Below, piece by piece: positions 39,201 to 50,029 of a stretch of DNA of 64,000 nucleotides; position 1 is the stretch's first letter, and the number at the start of each line of letters is the position of its first letter. The translations under genes were made by a program, and so were the position numbers. The stretch is from Phoronis australis (Eukaryota; Animalia; Phoronida), in NCBI GenBank assembly GCA_002633005.1, contig NMRA01000038.1:829329-893328 (forward strand), in the 5' to 3' direction. The notes beneath the pieces were generated by a model that was given only the letters and a program-made list of their open reading frames with translations, was not told the origin of the DNA and made no database searches.

Positions 39201-42200
39201 GAATGATTCTTGCTCTGGATTACAGCTAATTGGATGATTAGTTTATCAAAGATTGTCCTTGTTTTCTAGACGTCAACAGTTTGGATTTCTATTTCAAGAA
39301 TTCCCTTGTATACTGTGAAAATTAGGCTGTGTCAAGGCTAGAATATTACTTGGAATGAATATTTCTCATCCTGTGATAAATATCTCTGAATGTGAGGTAA
39401 TTAATATGTGAAGATGTCTGGTTATGCATTCAATTCAGTTGCAACACCCTTATGTGCACTCAATCAAAAGCTGGTAAGGCTACTTTGTAATGGTATAGCA
39501 GTTCGCGTGCTGAAGTGTTGTTTCATGGTCATTTATAGTCGGGCAAGGAGATGGATGCTGCCATGACCGAACGACTAAGCCGCAAGGTGCAGAGGGCAGC
39601 ACGTAAGCAGCAGAGACAGCAAGAGTTGAAGCGACTGCGTATGGCTCAGGAGATCCAGAGACAGCTGGAGGAAGTGGAGGTGAAACATAAGACGATGGAG
39701 GATAGGGGCGTGTCCCTGGAGAAGGTCCTGCGAGGGGAGGGTGACACAGGTGGGCTTACCTGGAGTTAAGGGTTGATGAATAGCAATGAATTCGAAACTT
39801 TGTCTATCGGATTGATCTTTTGGTTCTGTCCAGATCTATACTATTTTGGTATTATAACTTTTACCAGCACAAACTCTAGAAAGTTTGCACCATGTTAAGT
39901 CTGCTGACTGTTGAATCTCTGACTGAATATTAACAGTGGCAATGGCAATGATAATGATAATGCCCTTTATCCCCATTTGGAACTCTCCTTATGCTTATGT
40001 AGGACTTTATCAACTTTTCTGTGTATTTAGACTATTATCTACATATCTAAAGCTTTAAACTCTGGAAAAGTTTATATTTTCTGAACGTAGAAAGCCTGTA
40101 GAATTTGATGTTTTTGACTTAATACAAACCTGCTATTGTTTTGATCACGTGACAATGTCTTTAGTAAAATTTAGCAAAAAAGAAATAAATGTACTTCCAT
40201 AGCAAAACAAAGGTATCAATAACATGAACAAATTTCATTCGATATCAATGTTCAGGACAATATCGCTGTTACATACTTCTAATTGTCTTCATTTCATGCA
40301 ACTTGATTTTTTCAGAAAACTCATTAGGGTTCTATTTTTTGATGGCCTCCCATGCAAAAGTGGAAAAAGTTCATAAGCAATTTCTAACAGTGTTTTGAAA
40401 AGCAGTTCACAAAGCATGGTATCTGTTTCATGTGAATCTAGTCAGCCACTTCTGAGTATCGTGTTCCGAACTATTCGATGGTCCTGCATAACCTTAAACT
40501 CCTTTATTGTTCTTCAGAGCTGAGCAAGAAGCCAGAGGATGAACTCATGCAAGAATGGTTCAACTTGGTCCACGAAAAGAATGTGCTAGTACGCTACGAG
40601 TCTGAGTTGATGGTCAGGTAAGATGGTGGTAACTGTCTTGTTCTTAATTTCAGTATTAGACTTACTGTTTCTGGTTGAAACAGCTGACTTCTCCTGTATC
40701 ATGTATTCATCATTTTCCAGCTTATGTAAAATAGCCTGCTCAAAGTGGAAGTCCAGCATTAGATTTGTTTTTTGACTGCACTGCCATTGGATGAGTGAAA
40801 TGTTACATCAATATAATTATTCAAGTATTCCCAGCCATGACCCAGACAGTGAACCAAAAATGTCATGCCAGTCATATGAACATTAGTCTTGGTTGTGGCC
40901 AATTTTTATAAATTAACCAATTGCAGGTATTATGCAGATAATGATGTTTTGGTGACCTGTGACCTCTCTGATATGATTCAATGTAAACGTAATCTAACTG
41001 TCGTGTTTGTTTTTTGAAGGGCTAAAGAACTGGAGCTGGAAGACAGACACAGTCGACTAGAGCAAGCTTTAAGAGAGAAGATGGAGATGGAAGGTGAGTA
41101 GATCATGCCCCGGTGTTTAAGGCTGTAATGCTATGGGACTGTAATTGTGAGAGTCTGACTTGGAAGGCTGTAATTCTATTGGACTGTAATTGTGAGAGTT
41201 GGACTTTGAAGGCTGTAATTCTACTGGACTGTAATTATGAGAGTTGGTCTTTGAAGGCTGTAATTCTATTGGACTGTAATTGTGAGAGTTGGACTTTGAA
41301 GGCTGTAATTCTATGGGACTGTAATTGTGAGAGTTGGACTTTGAAGGCTGTATTTCTATGGGACTGTAATTGTGAGAGTTGGACTTTGAAGGCTGTATTT
41401 CTATGGGACTGTAATTGTGAGAGTNAATTCTATGGGACTGTAATTATAAGAGTTGGACTTTGAAAGCTGTAATTCTATTGGACTGTAATTGTGAGAGTTG
41501 GACTTTGAAGGCTGTAATTCTATTGGACTGTAATTGTGAGAGTTGGTCTTTGAAGGCTGTAATTCTATTGGACTGTAATTGTTAGAGTTGGACTTTGAAG
41601 GCTGTATTTCTATGGGACTGTAATTGTGAGAGTTGGATTCTGTTTAGTAGGAAGGAATAGTTGCCCTAATGACTTTAAATCTTCACATGAAGCATGTCTT
41701 GGTGCACTGATCAAAGAATGATGTGAAACTTGTTCCAGTTTGGCACCCTTTCTTTGCACTCCTTCACGGAAAGTGATTTGAAATAAGCAAGTTCTGGAAC
41801 GTGTCATATTATCTCTGAAACATTTTGTTTTAAAGCAGCTGGTTTGGACCACTAGCGCTGCTGAATTGGTGTCAACTTGTTTTTTTACTTAGACGAGAAA
41901 TAATTTTTGGTCTTGCAAAGAATTGATGGTTGGTTATTGCTCAAGAGATTTCTTTGTGCATAAAATGACGGCTACGACACGTCAACGACATGTCAACGAC
42001 ACGTCAACGACATGTCAACTTGTAGAGCTTTATCTCAAGCAACAGTGAACTATTCTTTCCAACCCCAGAAATTACACCGATTTCTTAACGGTAAGCTGTT
42101 TAAATCAGACTCTAGTTCATGTCCGCATAGCTATGTGGTTGTTCGTAGGCGGCGACACTGAGCTTGTGAAACTATTCACCTTGTAAAACAGTTCAATGAA

Positions 42201-43366
42201 ATGTAGCCTTGGTATGTTAAACTTAACTAATCTCTGTCTGTCTCTACCTGCCACAGAGTCTAAGAAGACTGTAGAAGACACCGAGAAGGAGAAGAAGATT
42301 CTAGAAGAACTGTTGGATGTTGTGGAGCAGAGAGATGCCCTTGTCAAGCTATTGGAGGAGGATAGACTAAGGTGGGTGCTGTTGAGGCCTGCGTCTTGAA
42401 AATGTTTCTATTTGCTTTGAACTGCTGACTGTAGCCTTGACCAAGCTCTGTCAAACTTGAGAGGAAGTCATCTTACTTGATATTTTCTCCAAGCTTGAAT
42501 ATTCGTGCTCACTAAACATTGCTTAATTAGCTTGAAAAGGTAAATCAGGCGTGTCAAAAAGTCTTGAGTAAGCGTGATGGAGTGGTCACCATTTTCTTTG
42601 CCTCTCAGTAACGATTGCTGCGCAAAATTTTTGTTAAGATACATGTGGAATTGAGGTTACAAGGATTTGACAACTCAAGGCAATCTGTGCTAAGACTGGT
42701 TGCCTTGGTCATTGTTAGAGGGCTAGGTTCTGGGAGTTATCCCATTCCATTATTGTTGATTCTGTGTGCTTGTTTAGCCTCTTGGATATTTTTATCAGAG
42801 GTTATAGGATCACGCACCTGCAATTGTGCAAGCCACGCTGGGTTGTGTATAAAAGTCATGCAGCTATCACAAATTTAAGAGTAACTGCCACCTTCATTAA
42901 CTATAATTATGCACTATTGAAAGGAAGCTATTATACTTGGCTGATCCTTTTGGTCGGTGAATGAAGGTTTAGCCAATGTAATTATTAGTATACCACAGCC
43001 TATAATGTAATTATTAGTATACCACAGGCTATAATGTAATTGTTAGTACACCACAGGCTATAATAATGTATAGAAATTATCTCAGTAACTAGCAGTTATT
43101 TGTGTATTCATAAAAACTTAATTTGTGCTTTTGCTAATGTGAGATTTAATCATATTTAGAACAAATTGTGTGGAGTGTGAGATCAATTTTTAAGGCGTAA
43201 GTCTTGAGTATCCTTTATTGAAACGAACTGCTAAGTGTAATTGGTAACTGATTTATGCTACAGAGAACAAGAAGAAGACAAACACCTGGGGGACATCATG
43301 GATCGGAGGGGGTTCCAACTGTCACCCATCACTTACTGCAAGAGCCTCAGGTTGCCAGACAGTTAA
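5972..43366 (+). CDS. MICAL: MICAL-family F-actin methionine monooxygenase, spliced CDS of 27 coding exons (about 2325 aa)
   Basis: Hand-spliced exons are phase-compatible and sum to 6978 nt. Motifs: [10 protein letters not shown] (GxGxxG), [66 protein letters not shown] domain, LIM domain, TPERIE, and bMERB ([40 protein letters not shown]). Confidence 0.97.
6519..6660. mobile_element. Terminus of a hAT-like DNA transposon (ends ...GCGTCGAGCCCTG)
   Basis: Near-identical to 59857-59960; CAGGG-type end on the - strand; repeated subterminal (T)GCGACC motifs. Confidence 0.7.
7115..7322 (+). CDS. MICAL: MICAL exon 2 (FAD-binding GxGxxG)
   Basis: ttgcag|[16 protein letters not shown]...FCAGSIDHI|gtgagc. 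Confidence 0.96.
8522..8824. repeat. 37-bp minisatellite, about 8 copies
   Basis: Unit AAGCTTGATAGTGTGTTTGTATGGTACAATTGTCATT. Confidence 0.95.
9489..9602 (+). CDS. MICAL: MICAL exon 3
   Basis: atcag|[17 protein letters not shown]...[13 protein letters not shown]|gtacgt. Confidence 0.93.
9881..10030. repeat. 39-bp degenerate tandem repeat, about 4 copies
   Basis: Core CAGTAATTACA.TTAATGTGAACATAACT. Confidence 0.85.
10058..10159 (+). CDS. MICAL: MICAL exon 4 (DG motif)
   Basis: aacag|KIGWRVKV...[16 protein letters not shown]|gtaagt. Confidence 0.94.
11108..11364 (+). CDS. MICAL: MICAL exon 5
   Basis: ttcag|[21 protein letters not shown]...[16 protein letters not shown]...[21 protein letters not shown]...LLQ|gtaggg. 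Confidence 0.96.
11716..11973 (+). CDS. MICAL: MICAL exon 6 (GD motif)
   Basis: tgcag|[15 protein letters not shown]...[14 protein letters not shown]...VGDSLLE|gtttgt. Confidence 0.96.
12192..12697. mobile_element. 506-bp MITE with hAT-like ends
   Basis: 13-bp perfect TIR CAGGGCTTGGAAT/ATTCCAAGCCCTG, flanked by direct repeat CCAATA (12186-12191 and 12698-12703). Confidence 0.88.
13370..13575 (+). CDS. MICAL: MICAL exon 7 (ends at a GC donor)
   Basis: tatag|[21 protein letters not shown]...[18 protein letters not shown]...YTIHPNTR; AG|GCAAGT donor in the phase the next exon requires. Confidence 0.93.
13831..15304 (-). mobile_element. Non-autonomous Helentron/HINE-like element, family 2
   Basis: 5' palindrome TACTTGTCGGAATTC-gaa-GAATTCCGCCAAGTA (15271-15303), matching subTIR ACTTGGCGGAAT (13854-13865), hairpin CGCTC-ggag-GAGCG (13838-13851), and an internal duplicated block. 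Confidence 0.8.
15487..15730. repeat. 18-bp minisatellite, about 13 copies
   Basis: Unit TGTGAAGCTGTGCCTATA. Confidence 0.95.
16230..16345 (+). CDS. MICAL: MICAL exon 8
   Basis: cacag|(R)[21 protein letters not shown]...KLKP|gtaaac. Confidence 0.9.
17016..17172 (+). CDS. MICAL: MICAL exon 9 (CH domain, N-half)
   Basis: tgcag|...LLKWCQKQL...[25 protein letters not shown]|gtaagg. Confidence 0.95.
17657..17853 (+). CDS. MICAL: MICAL exon 10 (CH domain, C-half)
   Basis: tctag|[36 protein letters not shown]...[18 protein letters not shown]|gtaagt. Confidence 0.95.
18222..18409 (+). CDS. MICAL: MICAL exon 11
   Basis: ttctag|SFKSPKTS...[14 protein letters not shown]|gtaaga, open and phase-compatible (1 to 0). 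Confidence 0.82.
20523..20705 (+). CDS. MICAL: MICAL exon 12
   Basis: gacag|[13 protein letters not shown]...IAQMDSV|gtaagt, phase 0-0. Confidence 0.8.
21221..21317. mobile_element. About 95-bp palindromic mini-MITE (reverse orientation)
   Basis: AGTCACTTAC...TTTTGAGAGCCAGTTT...AAACTTGTTCTTAAAA...GCAAGTGAT. Confidence 0.65.
21943..22143 (+). CDS. MICAL: MICAL exon 13
   Basis: ttctag|[10 protein letters not shown]...[16 protein letters not shown]...PPPKKK|gtaaac. Confidence 0.85.
22619..22814 (+). CDS. MICAL: MICAL exon 14 (LIM domain)
   Basis: cacag|...[39 protein letters not shown]...|gtgagt. Confidence 0.96.
23033..23126. mobile_element. About 95-bp palindromic mini-MITE (related copies at about 2870-2965, 5110-5207, 15389-15478, 21221-21317)
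   Basis: GTCACTTA...GGGTCC...TGAGAACCAGTTT-loop-AAACTGGTTCTCA...GGACCC...TAAGTGAC. Confidence 0.72.
23400..23479 (+). CDS. MICAL: MICAL exon 15 (LIM C-terminus)
   Basis: tgcag|[20 protein letters not shown]...|gtagtt. Confidence 0.92.
23837..23933 (+). CDS. MICAL: MICAL exon 16
   Basis: cacag|[10 protein letters not shown]...KPKTPR|gttcgt, bridges phase 0 to 1. Confidence 0.8.
24649..24707. repeat. 15-bp tandem repeat, 4 copies
   Basis: Unit AATGTTATTGGACAG. Confidence 0.9.
25141..25330 (+). CDS. MICAL: MICAL exon 17 (TPERIE motif)
   Basis: cctag|AMDQ...TPERIEFE...EDVLTEHNL...|gtaagc. Confidence 0.9.
26304..27850 (+). mobile_element. Non-autonomous Helentron/HINE-like element, family 1 (diverged copy in a MICAL intron)
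   Basis: TTTTT-ATGCGCCCAT...GTGGGTGCAT 5' inverted pair, then a (CTGT/CCGT) microsatellite, degenerate satellite units, and a 3' end GTGGGTTCAT...CGTTGCTCTTGT. Homologous to 60276-63410. Confidence 0.78.
28016..28119. repeat. 17-bp tandem repeat, about 6 copies
   Basis: Unit ATCACACCGACAATGAC. Confidence 0.93.
29627..29820 (+). CDS. MICAL: MICAL exon 18 (acidic)
   Basis: tatag|DEYDDVLV...[10 protein letters not shown]|gttggt, phase 2 to 1. Confidence 0.85.
30539..30759 (+). CDS. MICAL: MICAL exon 19
   Basis: tttag|DDGELDEP...[11 protein letters not shown]|gtggga, phase 1 to 0. Confidence 0.85.
31286..34031 (+). CDS. MICAL: MICAL exon 20, a 2746-nt exon encoding a disordered linker
   Basis: Lies within the 929-aa ORF: ttcag|APEPVRIDP...APKAS|gtatgt. 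S/D/E/K-rich and phase-compatible with both neighbours. Confidence 0.92.
34282..34334 (+). CDS. MICAL: MICAL exon 21
   Basis: tgcag|[18 protein letters not shown]|gtaata, phase 1 to 0. Confidence 0.82.
35703..35816 (+). CDS. MICAL: MICAL exon 22 (symmetric, possibly a cassette exon)
   Basis: ttcag|[38 protein letters not shown]|gtacat, 114 nt, phase 0-0, coding-like GC content inside an AT-rich intron. Confidence 0.68.
37459..38032. mobile_element. About 570-bp MITE, probably Tc1/mariner-pogo type
   Basis: Imperfect TIR of about 25 bp, CGGTAATTCTCCACTTATTTCGCAC / GTGCAAAATAAGTGGGGAATTGCCG; TA on the right flank, TG on the left. Confidence 0.7.
39539..39749 (+). CDS. MICAL: MICAL exon 23 (bMERB start)
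   Basis: tatag|SGKEMD...[33 protein letters not shown]...[11 protein letters not shown]|gtgggc. Confidence 0.95.
40518..40617 (+). CDS. MICAL: MICAL exon 24 (bMERB)
   Basis: ttcag|...[25 protein letters not shown]|gtaaga. Confidence 0.95.
41020..41093 (+). CDS. MICAL: MICAL exon 25 (bMERB)
   Basis: tgaag|[24 protein letters not shown]|gtgagt. Confidence 0.94.
41116..41637. repeat. 45-bp minisatellite, at least 11 copies, with an N join at 41425
   Basis: Unit TTTGAAGGCTGTAATTCTATTGGACTGTAATTGTGAGAGTTGGAC. Confidence 0.95.
42257..42371 (+). CDS. MICAL: MICAL exon 26 (bMERB)
   Basis: cacag|ESKKTVED...[27 protein letters not shown]|gtgggt. Confidence 0.95.
42974..43064. repeat. About 29-bp tandem repeat, 3 copies
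   Basis: Unit TAATGTAATTATTAGTATACCACAGGCTA. Confidence 0.85.
43264..43366 (+). CDS. MICAL: MICAL last coding exon
   Basis: tacag|(R)EQEEDKHL...LRLPDS, stop TAA at 43364-43366. Confidence 0.9.
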
Positions 43367-43439
43367 TTTAAAGCTGTACACTCTGCGTCCGTGTGCTTCT
43401 ATACCTGTCGCTGTCTTTCACTAGAATGCTGACTCCTCG

Positions 43440-43686
43440 GTTACTGTTGCAGTTGTGGTCGCTGCAACTGAGATTGCCGTAGCTGCAGTTGCTGTAGTGA
43501 CAACTGCTGCAGGTGCTGTAGTGACAACTGCTGCAGGTGCTGTAGTGGCAATTGTTGCAGCTGTGGTTGCAATTACTGCACCCGCAGTTGCTGTAACTGC
43601 AGTAACTGTAGTTGTAGTTGATGCAGCTGAGGTTGCTGGAGCTGCAACAGCTCTACCTGCAATTGCTTTAGCTGCAGCTGCTGTTA
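43440..43686. repeat. Degenerate GCT/GCA/GTT triplet repeat in the MICAL 3'UTR
   Basis: Many CTGCAG/GCAGCT/GTTGCA units, 75 nt after the stop codon. Confidence 0.8.
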
Positions 43687-46461
43687 TGAATTCTGCTTGC
43701 TGTGTGCTAATATCATCTTGCTTATGATTAGTTCCATCCTAGTTTTTTCTTCGCAGAATTTCGAATTTACTGTGATGGTAGATTCATTTGCTGATGATTG
43801 TTTGTCAATATGTGTCAGTTTCTATAGTTTGTTAACAAAGTAAACAGTACGTTTTATGTATTCTAAAATGTTCACACTGTAGATTGTCTTATTCATTAAC
43901 TTTTTTTAACTTAAAGTAATTATCAGATTGTATTCAATTAGTTTCTCTTAGTTTCTGGAGCAGTGAATTTTTCAAAACCAGTTGTGTCGAAAACTATTAA
44001 CTGATTAAATTCCTTCATTATAAAGCAAGGAAGTTATGCATCTGTTTACTATTGCATGCATGAATCTTAAAGCAAAAAGCTTGAAGGCATTGGCTTTTAT
44101 TGCATCATAGTCACATTTACAGCAAATAGCTGTAGCTTATTTTCCCGCACTAGAGTGAGTGACTGAACCAAATTGCCAAACGTTTGTTGAATCTCTTCCA
44201 TGCTTTCAAAGTTGCAGGCAGCTTAGGCTTAATCGCTAGTACATTGCTTTTCAAATAACTGTCGATTTTTGTTGAAAGTCATTAAGCCTAGTAGAGGTTA
44301 TGGTCAAAATCGTGTACGAAAATAAAAAATTGACTGCCAAATTTGCGTTTTGATATCATGTCACTGTCGTGATGAAGAAATGGCAATGTCATTTTTTGAA
44401 AACTCGTGTACTACTGTTTTCATTCTTGTGAACAGTTGCTGTAAGTGCCTCACCACTATTCTAATTTTAATAAGTTGCTTTAAAAAGCAACTAAGCAATT
44501 TTTGGTTTAGACAACTTACCATAGTGAAATTGGTCTCAAATCGTTCCTTAGTCCACGATGTGATTTCTGGGCTTGGGAAGAGCTGACAGTTGGTTACTGC
44601 TTGACCTCTCTTGGCCTCTACAAGTTGACATGTCAAGTCCTGTCATTTTATTCACTGAGTGTGGTCTCCAGAATAATGGACAGTTCTTTCTAAGACCAAA
44701 AATAACTTCTCGTCTGAGGTACGAATTGAGACCAAGTGGTCTAAGTCAAAATTTAGTTTCTTTGACTGATCAAGATTTTATTGCCACGAACTATGTGTGT
44801 GCTAGTAGTTTTGTGGAGAATACTATGATCTGTATGTCTGTGCTCTTATTAACTAACTTAGAAAGACTCATGCATTTTGACTGTCATCTCATATTTAGTA
44901 ACAAGACCAATGTTCTTTAGATTACAGTTTGAGTCAAACGTGTAAACTGTAAGTTTTTGTCTGTGCTCTGTGAAATTTGATTTAGTAAGTCTGGGTTTAT
45001 GGTGTTTTGCAATGCCTTAAACATTCTGTTAATTATAATACATTGGTATTGGCCAGTAAGCTTTGATTTCTTATATTTTGGCGTGGAACACAGTTTTGCA
45101 ATAGCCTTCAGTTATGTTTGCTGTGAGGTTCTTCAACTGAGTGTTTAACAAACTTGATAGTTGAAGTTCGTATAAACAGATCTGATTCTGTCTTTTGGCT
45201 CTATGAAAAGACGACTACTCTAACTGATAAATAATAAAATAAACTAGATGTCATATTCCATTTTGGTAAAGATACTGCTGTCTGAAACATTTATTTAATT
45301 TGGCATCTAATAAGACAATTCCTACAGTAATTATACATCAATATAAGTGGAACACGAAATGTGTTATGGAACATTGTTTATTTTATGAGTACTATGCAGT
45401 GTTTGAACATGATCGATCTAATTTTGAAGCTCTAACTGACTAAGGAGTCTTGAGTTTGATACAAACTATTTCATGTTGCTAGCACGTTACAGTAGTATAC
45501 AAAAAGGCCTAAGCTAATGGACTGGTTTGTTTTCAAGTGTTACTGGCCTTTCACTTAATAATCCACGTGTTGTCAAACTGCTGGATAGACAATTGTATTT
45601 TTACAGAAAGATATCCAAGGCATTTCAAATCAGTCTATCTTTTTGAATCCAGCGCAATTTGAAGGTTTTGTTTGACATTGAAAGATGCTGAACTCCGACT
45701 TGCAACAAAGTTGATGTTTTAAGGATTTATTTTGATGTGTGTCCAGAAGCTAACATTAGCATGCAGGAACATTGTTTTTCATTTCCAGCAAGTGGATTGC
45801 TCTCGCGATCACCCTACTCTGGCTTGTGAGCTTGTTTGGAACATTTCTCATCCACTTTACCTACAAACGAGACCAAAGCAGTGTTTGGGATTTTACAGAT
45901 CAGCACGATCAGTCTATTGGGGAAATGTTAGGTGATCTAGTACGTGTTGCTAAGAAGAGGTTGTGGAAGTATTGAACATTCTAAGTGTTACTAGAAAACA
46001 AATGTTTTAGAATCTCTGGCGAGGTTGAGAAAAGGAAATTAAATAGCTCAGTAATATTGCATTACAACAGATTTAAAAGAGCTTTTCTGAAATTCCTGTG
46101 CCTATTTTTTAATAGTTGTTTATGTCAGATGTGGTCACCTTGTCCTGGCACATACTGAGATAGTCTGGTTGTCACTTTTACGTTCTGAAGTGTTAATTCT
46201 TGATGCTATTTAAAGCAAGTGTAAATGTACTGCATTATTTTTAAAGAATTTTTCAACTTCACATGTAATGCAGAGGTGTACTTTACTGTAAAATTTATTA
46301 GTTATATCCCGACTAACGGTTCAGTTAGGATAGAAGACTTGAATTTCTGAAACTTATGTTTATTTAGCTGATGTGAATTGCATTTGTGCTACTTAATGTA
46401 ATATATGCGACTGTTATTGTAGGGTGCATAATTTGTTTTAAAGCTCGTTTTTGCTATTGAA

Positions 46462-46467
46462 AATAAA
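46462..46467 (+). terminator. Candidate MICAL polyadenylation signal (alternative AATAAA pair near 45233-45243)
   Basis: AATAAA followed by a GT/T-rich tract, after which the T-rich 3'UTR-like composition ends. Confidence 0.45.
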
Positions 46468-48669
46468 TACTATGTTAAATTGATGTATTTGTTTATGGTG
46501 CTTCGCAGCAGAGGTGAAAATGTTGCTAACTGCAAAATGGCACTAACTAATTGATATAGGGAACTACAAATTGATAAAACTTCTTTCTTTGGTGCACATA
46601 AACCTTCACTCAATAAGTTAAAAAAGTCCACTGCATGTATTAAGCCACTGAAACCTTTGTTCGACTGGACCCACCACTCTTTGACATGAGAGAGCAATGT
46701 CACATTACCCGACCCCCATGACTAGGAAGGGAAATTTAATCATGGTCACTAGGTTAAAATACTATTAATTTAGTACCCGTAAAGAAAATTTGGCAAACAT
46801 GAGTGCCAAAATTTCTCATATTTCAAATGCTTTAAATATAATTGTAGATTGCCCACAGTATCTCAAAATGTAGTCTTTATTTGACTATGGTGTAGATGCC
46901 TTTAGTTGGTGCTACGGTAGCCAGTCTACAATTCTTAACTTTTGCACACCCAAAATAATTTAACTCAAACAATACTTGAATATGGTGCAGAAGCTCGCAT
47001 ATTTTCTATTCCTTCACNACATTACTTGAAAGCATGTTAACCCATTTACAAAGCATGACTTCCCACTCTGACTGAAACACCGACCTTTCTATGTATTGGG
47101 TCACGTGTTTTCAACTTTCGATTCATTTCAAACACTTGCCCTACGATATTTCCGGCCATTCTACTACTTTTGCACACCCCCACCTCTTGAAAAATTAATC
47201 ACTATTTTGTGTGAAATTGTAGAGCAGTTACCGCACTCATAAAATGAAAAATGGCTGCTCCAACATTTTTGTAAGTGGACATGTCTGGAAAACACATTTT
47301 TATTAAACTGCGGTTATGAAGAAGTCAATTTCTGACCCTTAAACAAGACCAATGAATAGTTTTACCAGCAAAATATATTTATTTGTTCGCAAGTGAATCC
47401 ACAAATCAATCACAAGTAATAAGCCTCAATTTCAATTATTAAAATATAGGATACTATAAAAAAGTTCGTAACTTTATGACTTACAAATGGCACTCTTAGT
47501 CTTGACTGAGAACACAAAACCAAGAATACAATTATATAATTCTTAACTCATTTAGCACATAACATGGCCGACATGTGAAGTTATTTAATCAAATCTTCAC
47601 AAAACTAATAAAATATCAAGAAAATTTTCAGTCTATTACTAGGCATAGTTTGTAGTGTGTAGACATCGTAAAACAACATGAGGAAAATTTTCCATTACCT
47701 GCAGTAAAGTTATCAGTCATTAAAAATGGCAATTTGGTGGCCATTTTTGTACAAAATAAGCGGAGAACTGCTGTATGTGTACGATGAAGGTATGACTCCT
47801 TGCTCGAACATTTAAAGAATACATCACGTGATGCATAACTTCACATGCAGCAGATTCCAACAACTACATCCAAGTGAACAAAACAACTTTTCAAAAATAT
47901 TTCAACACAGTCAACTGACTGCCACACACAAACATCAACAATTAAAAGCACATTGCACTAGAAGATTATTATATCTGGTGCATGTAATGCATTAGTCTAC
48001 AAAATGGAAGGTAAGAGACATGGCATCTAAACAAAAGGAATAGATGACAAAGCAAGAAGTGATCGACTCTAACCATGCATTGGTCAAAACTCACATTTTT
48101 CTGCACCAAGCCCTCAATCTGACCCCCAAGAGAGTAACATACACTTGAATGAGACCTCCAAAACAGTACTGTATCCCACTGCCTCAATGCCCTCTACAAG
48201 TCCTAATATTCACTTTATTTAGCACAACCCAACTATCAGAACAAAATATTCATTTTGAGCACAAAGTGAGGCATTACAGTACATACTTTGTGGGGTTATC
48301 ACCTTTCCTTTGTACTGACTGCGCAAAGTTTACACTTCATCCTCGCGCATCAGTCTTAAGTCATTTGGCCTCGCCGTTTTTTTTTTTTGACAATTTTTAG
48401 TACGTTCAAGTTGCAACGGAACAGTGCGAACAAACTGAGTAAGTTTGCGCTTAGCTTGATCTGGTTTGCATGTTAAACGACATTTAGGACATTTGTACAG
48501 CAGGTCAGTCCTAGACTTTTGGCAGGTATGATCATTTTTTGAAGTGCATTTTTTCCTATTTCAAGTTGGCTGCTCGGTTGAATAGAGTGCCAATTACACT
48601 TCAGCATCGGCAACTAGCACCAAACATACTTTACCAACCATTACACAGGCTAATGTTTTCAAATTCATA

Positions 48670-49280
48670 CATACCAATCAAGGTAGAGAATTTGAGAGTG
48701 AACTTATGTCTCAGCTCTGTTCCTTGCTCGAAATCTCAAAAACCAGAACTATGACATATAGACCACAGTCTGACGACATAGTCGAGAGATTTAACCGAAC
48801 AGTCCAGCAAATGCTTGCCATGTTTGTCAACAAGAACCGCCAAGATTGGGACATTGACCTGCCTTACGTTGTGCTAGCGTACCATGCCGTTCCAAGGTGC
48901 ATGACAATACAGGTTGTTCTCCATTTCAAATGTTATTTGGACACAAGGTGTCGCTTCCCATTCCTGTCACGCTGGAAAACCCCAACGATTCCCGATATGA
49001 GACAGACATACCTTGTTTGAATGCTTACGTAGAGTGGTTAAAGTTCACATAGCAGTTTACACAGTCACGACCTTGCTCGTGAGAAACTAAAAGCAAGTAC
49101 GTCCAGACTAAAGTCATATTACGATTCTAAACTTAAACTCACAGCATTTAAAGAGGGTGATTTGGTCTTTCGTTGGTATCCACCCGCTGCTAATCAGAAA
49201 TTAGGGTCGAGTTGGAGAGAACCCTATCTCGAGATCGGGACCCTTCATTACAGTTCATGGGGACTACCTAAAGCCCTGTT
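48670..49280 (+). mobile_element. Ty3/Gypsy LTR-retrotransposon integrase fragment (decayed)
   Basis: HTNQGREFES...KTRTMTYRPQSDDIVERFNRTVQQML...DW..DLPYVVLAY, then a frameshift to TGCSPFQMLFG, and FKEGDLV...KLGSSWREPY (GPY/F-like). Confidence 0.9.
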
Positions 49281-50029
49281 TCAACTCAGATTCGCGACAA
49301 CTAGATGAGACTTTTCACTACTTAAATGTGAACTTAAATGATCCCAATGGACCCAATGCTAGATAAAGAACCACATTGTAAGAAAACCATCTTAAATTTT
49401 CAAGACTTTGAATTTCTTTTTCTATCTGACTCAGTCATCATAGTTACCAGGTTCAAACCCTGAGGGAAGATGAAGGGAGTTGATTAAGGCTAGATTGGTA
49501 GATTTGGAAATATGCAAAGGATAGCAGGCTTAGAAGAAATATTTGGAAACTAGTGTCACTCATTTCCTACAGAAGAGTGTCAATTGCTGCAAAACTAAAC
49601 TAGAGCTTGCACTGTATGTTATAAATCTAATAACTCCATTCACAGGCATATTTGTCATTAGTGATAGTCGGGACACGAGGACATTGATGCTGCATTCATC
49701 CGGACTACATGAAAGCCAGATTGTCTCCGATGTATGGGTCGTTTTCACATAAAGAGACGGTAAAGACATGACCAACTACTGCTGTTTATTTGTGAAATTA
49801 TGTTGATCATTCTGAGAAAATTCATCGTCAAGGTATCTAAGTTCTAAGGATTTTCTCCCTGTCCACTGTGTTAAATGTCTTTACCCCTAGTTGTTCAAAG
49901 TTGGGTTTGATAAAATCAAAACCTTATATTTACCAGAAAAAAAATACTCCATAGCTTTGAATTTTAATTTAAAACACTTGTAACAGAGTAAACAGCCCAA
50001 ATAATGCCTTTTTGAGAGAGGCAAAGATG

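Noticed and set aside
41113-41463. Cys-rich repeat ORF ([15 protein letters not shown])n
   Set aside because: Translation of a 45-bp minisatellite; the flanking bMERB exons join in phase without it
43455-43727. Ala/Val/Thr-rich ORF resembling an antifreeze or membrane peptide
   Set aside because: GTG start, downstream of the MICAL stop codon, explained by a triplet repeat
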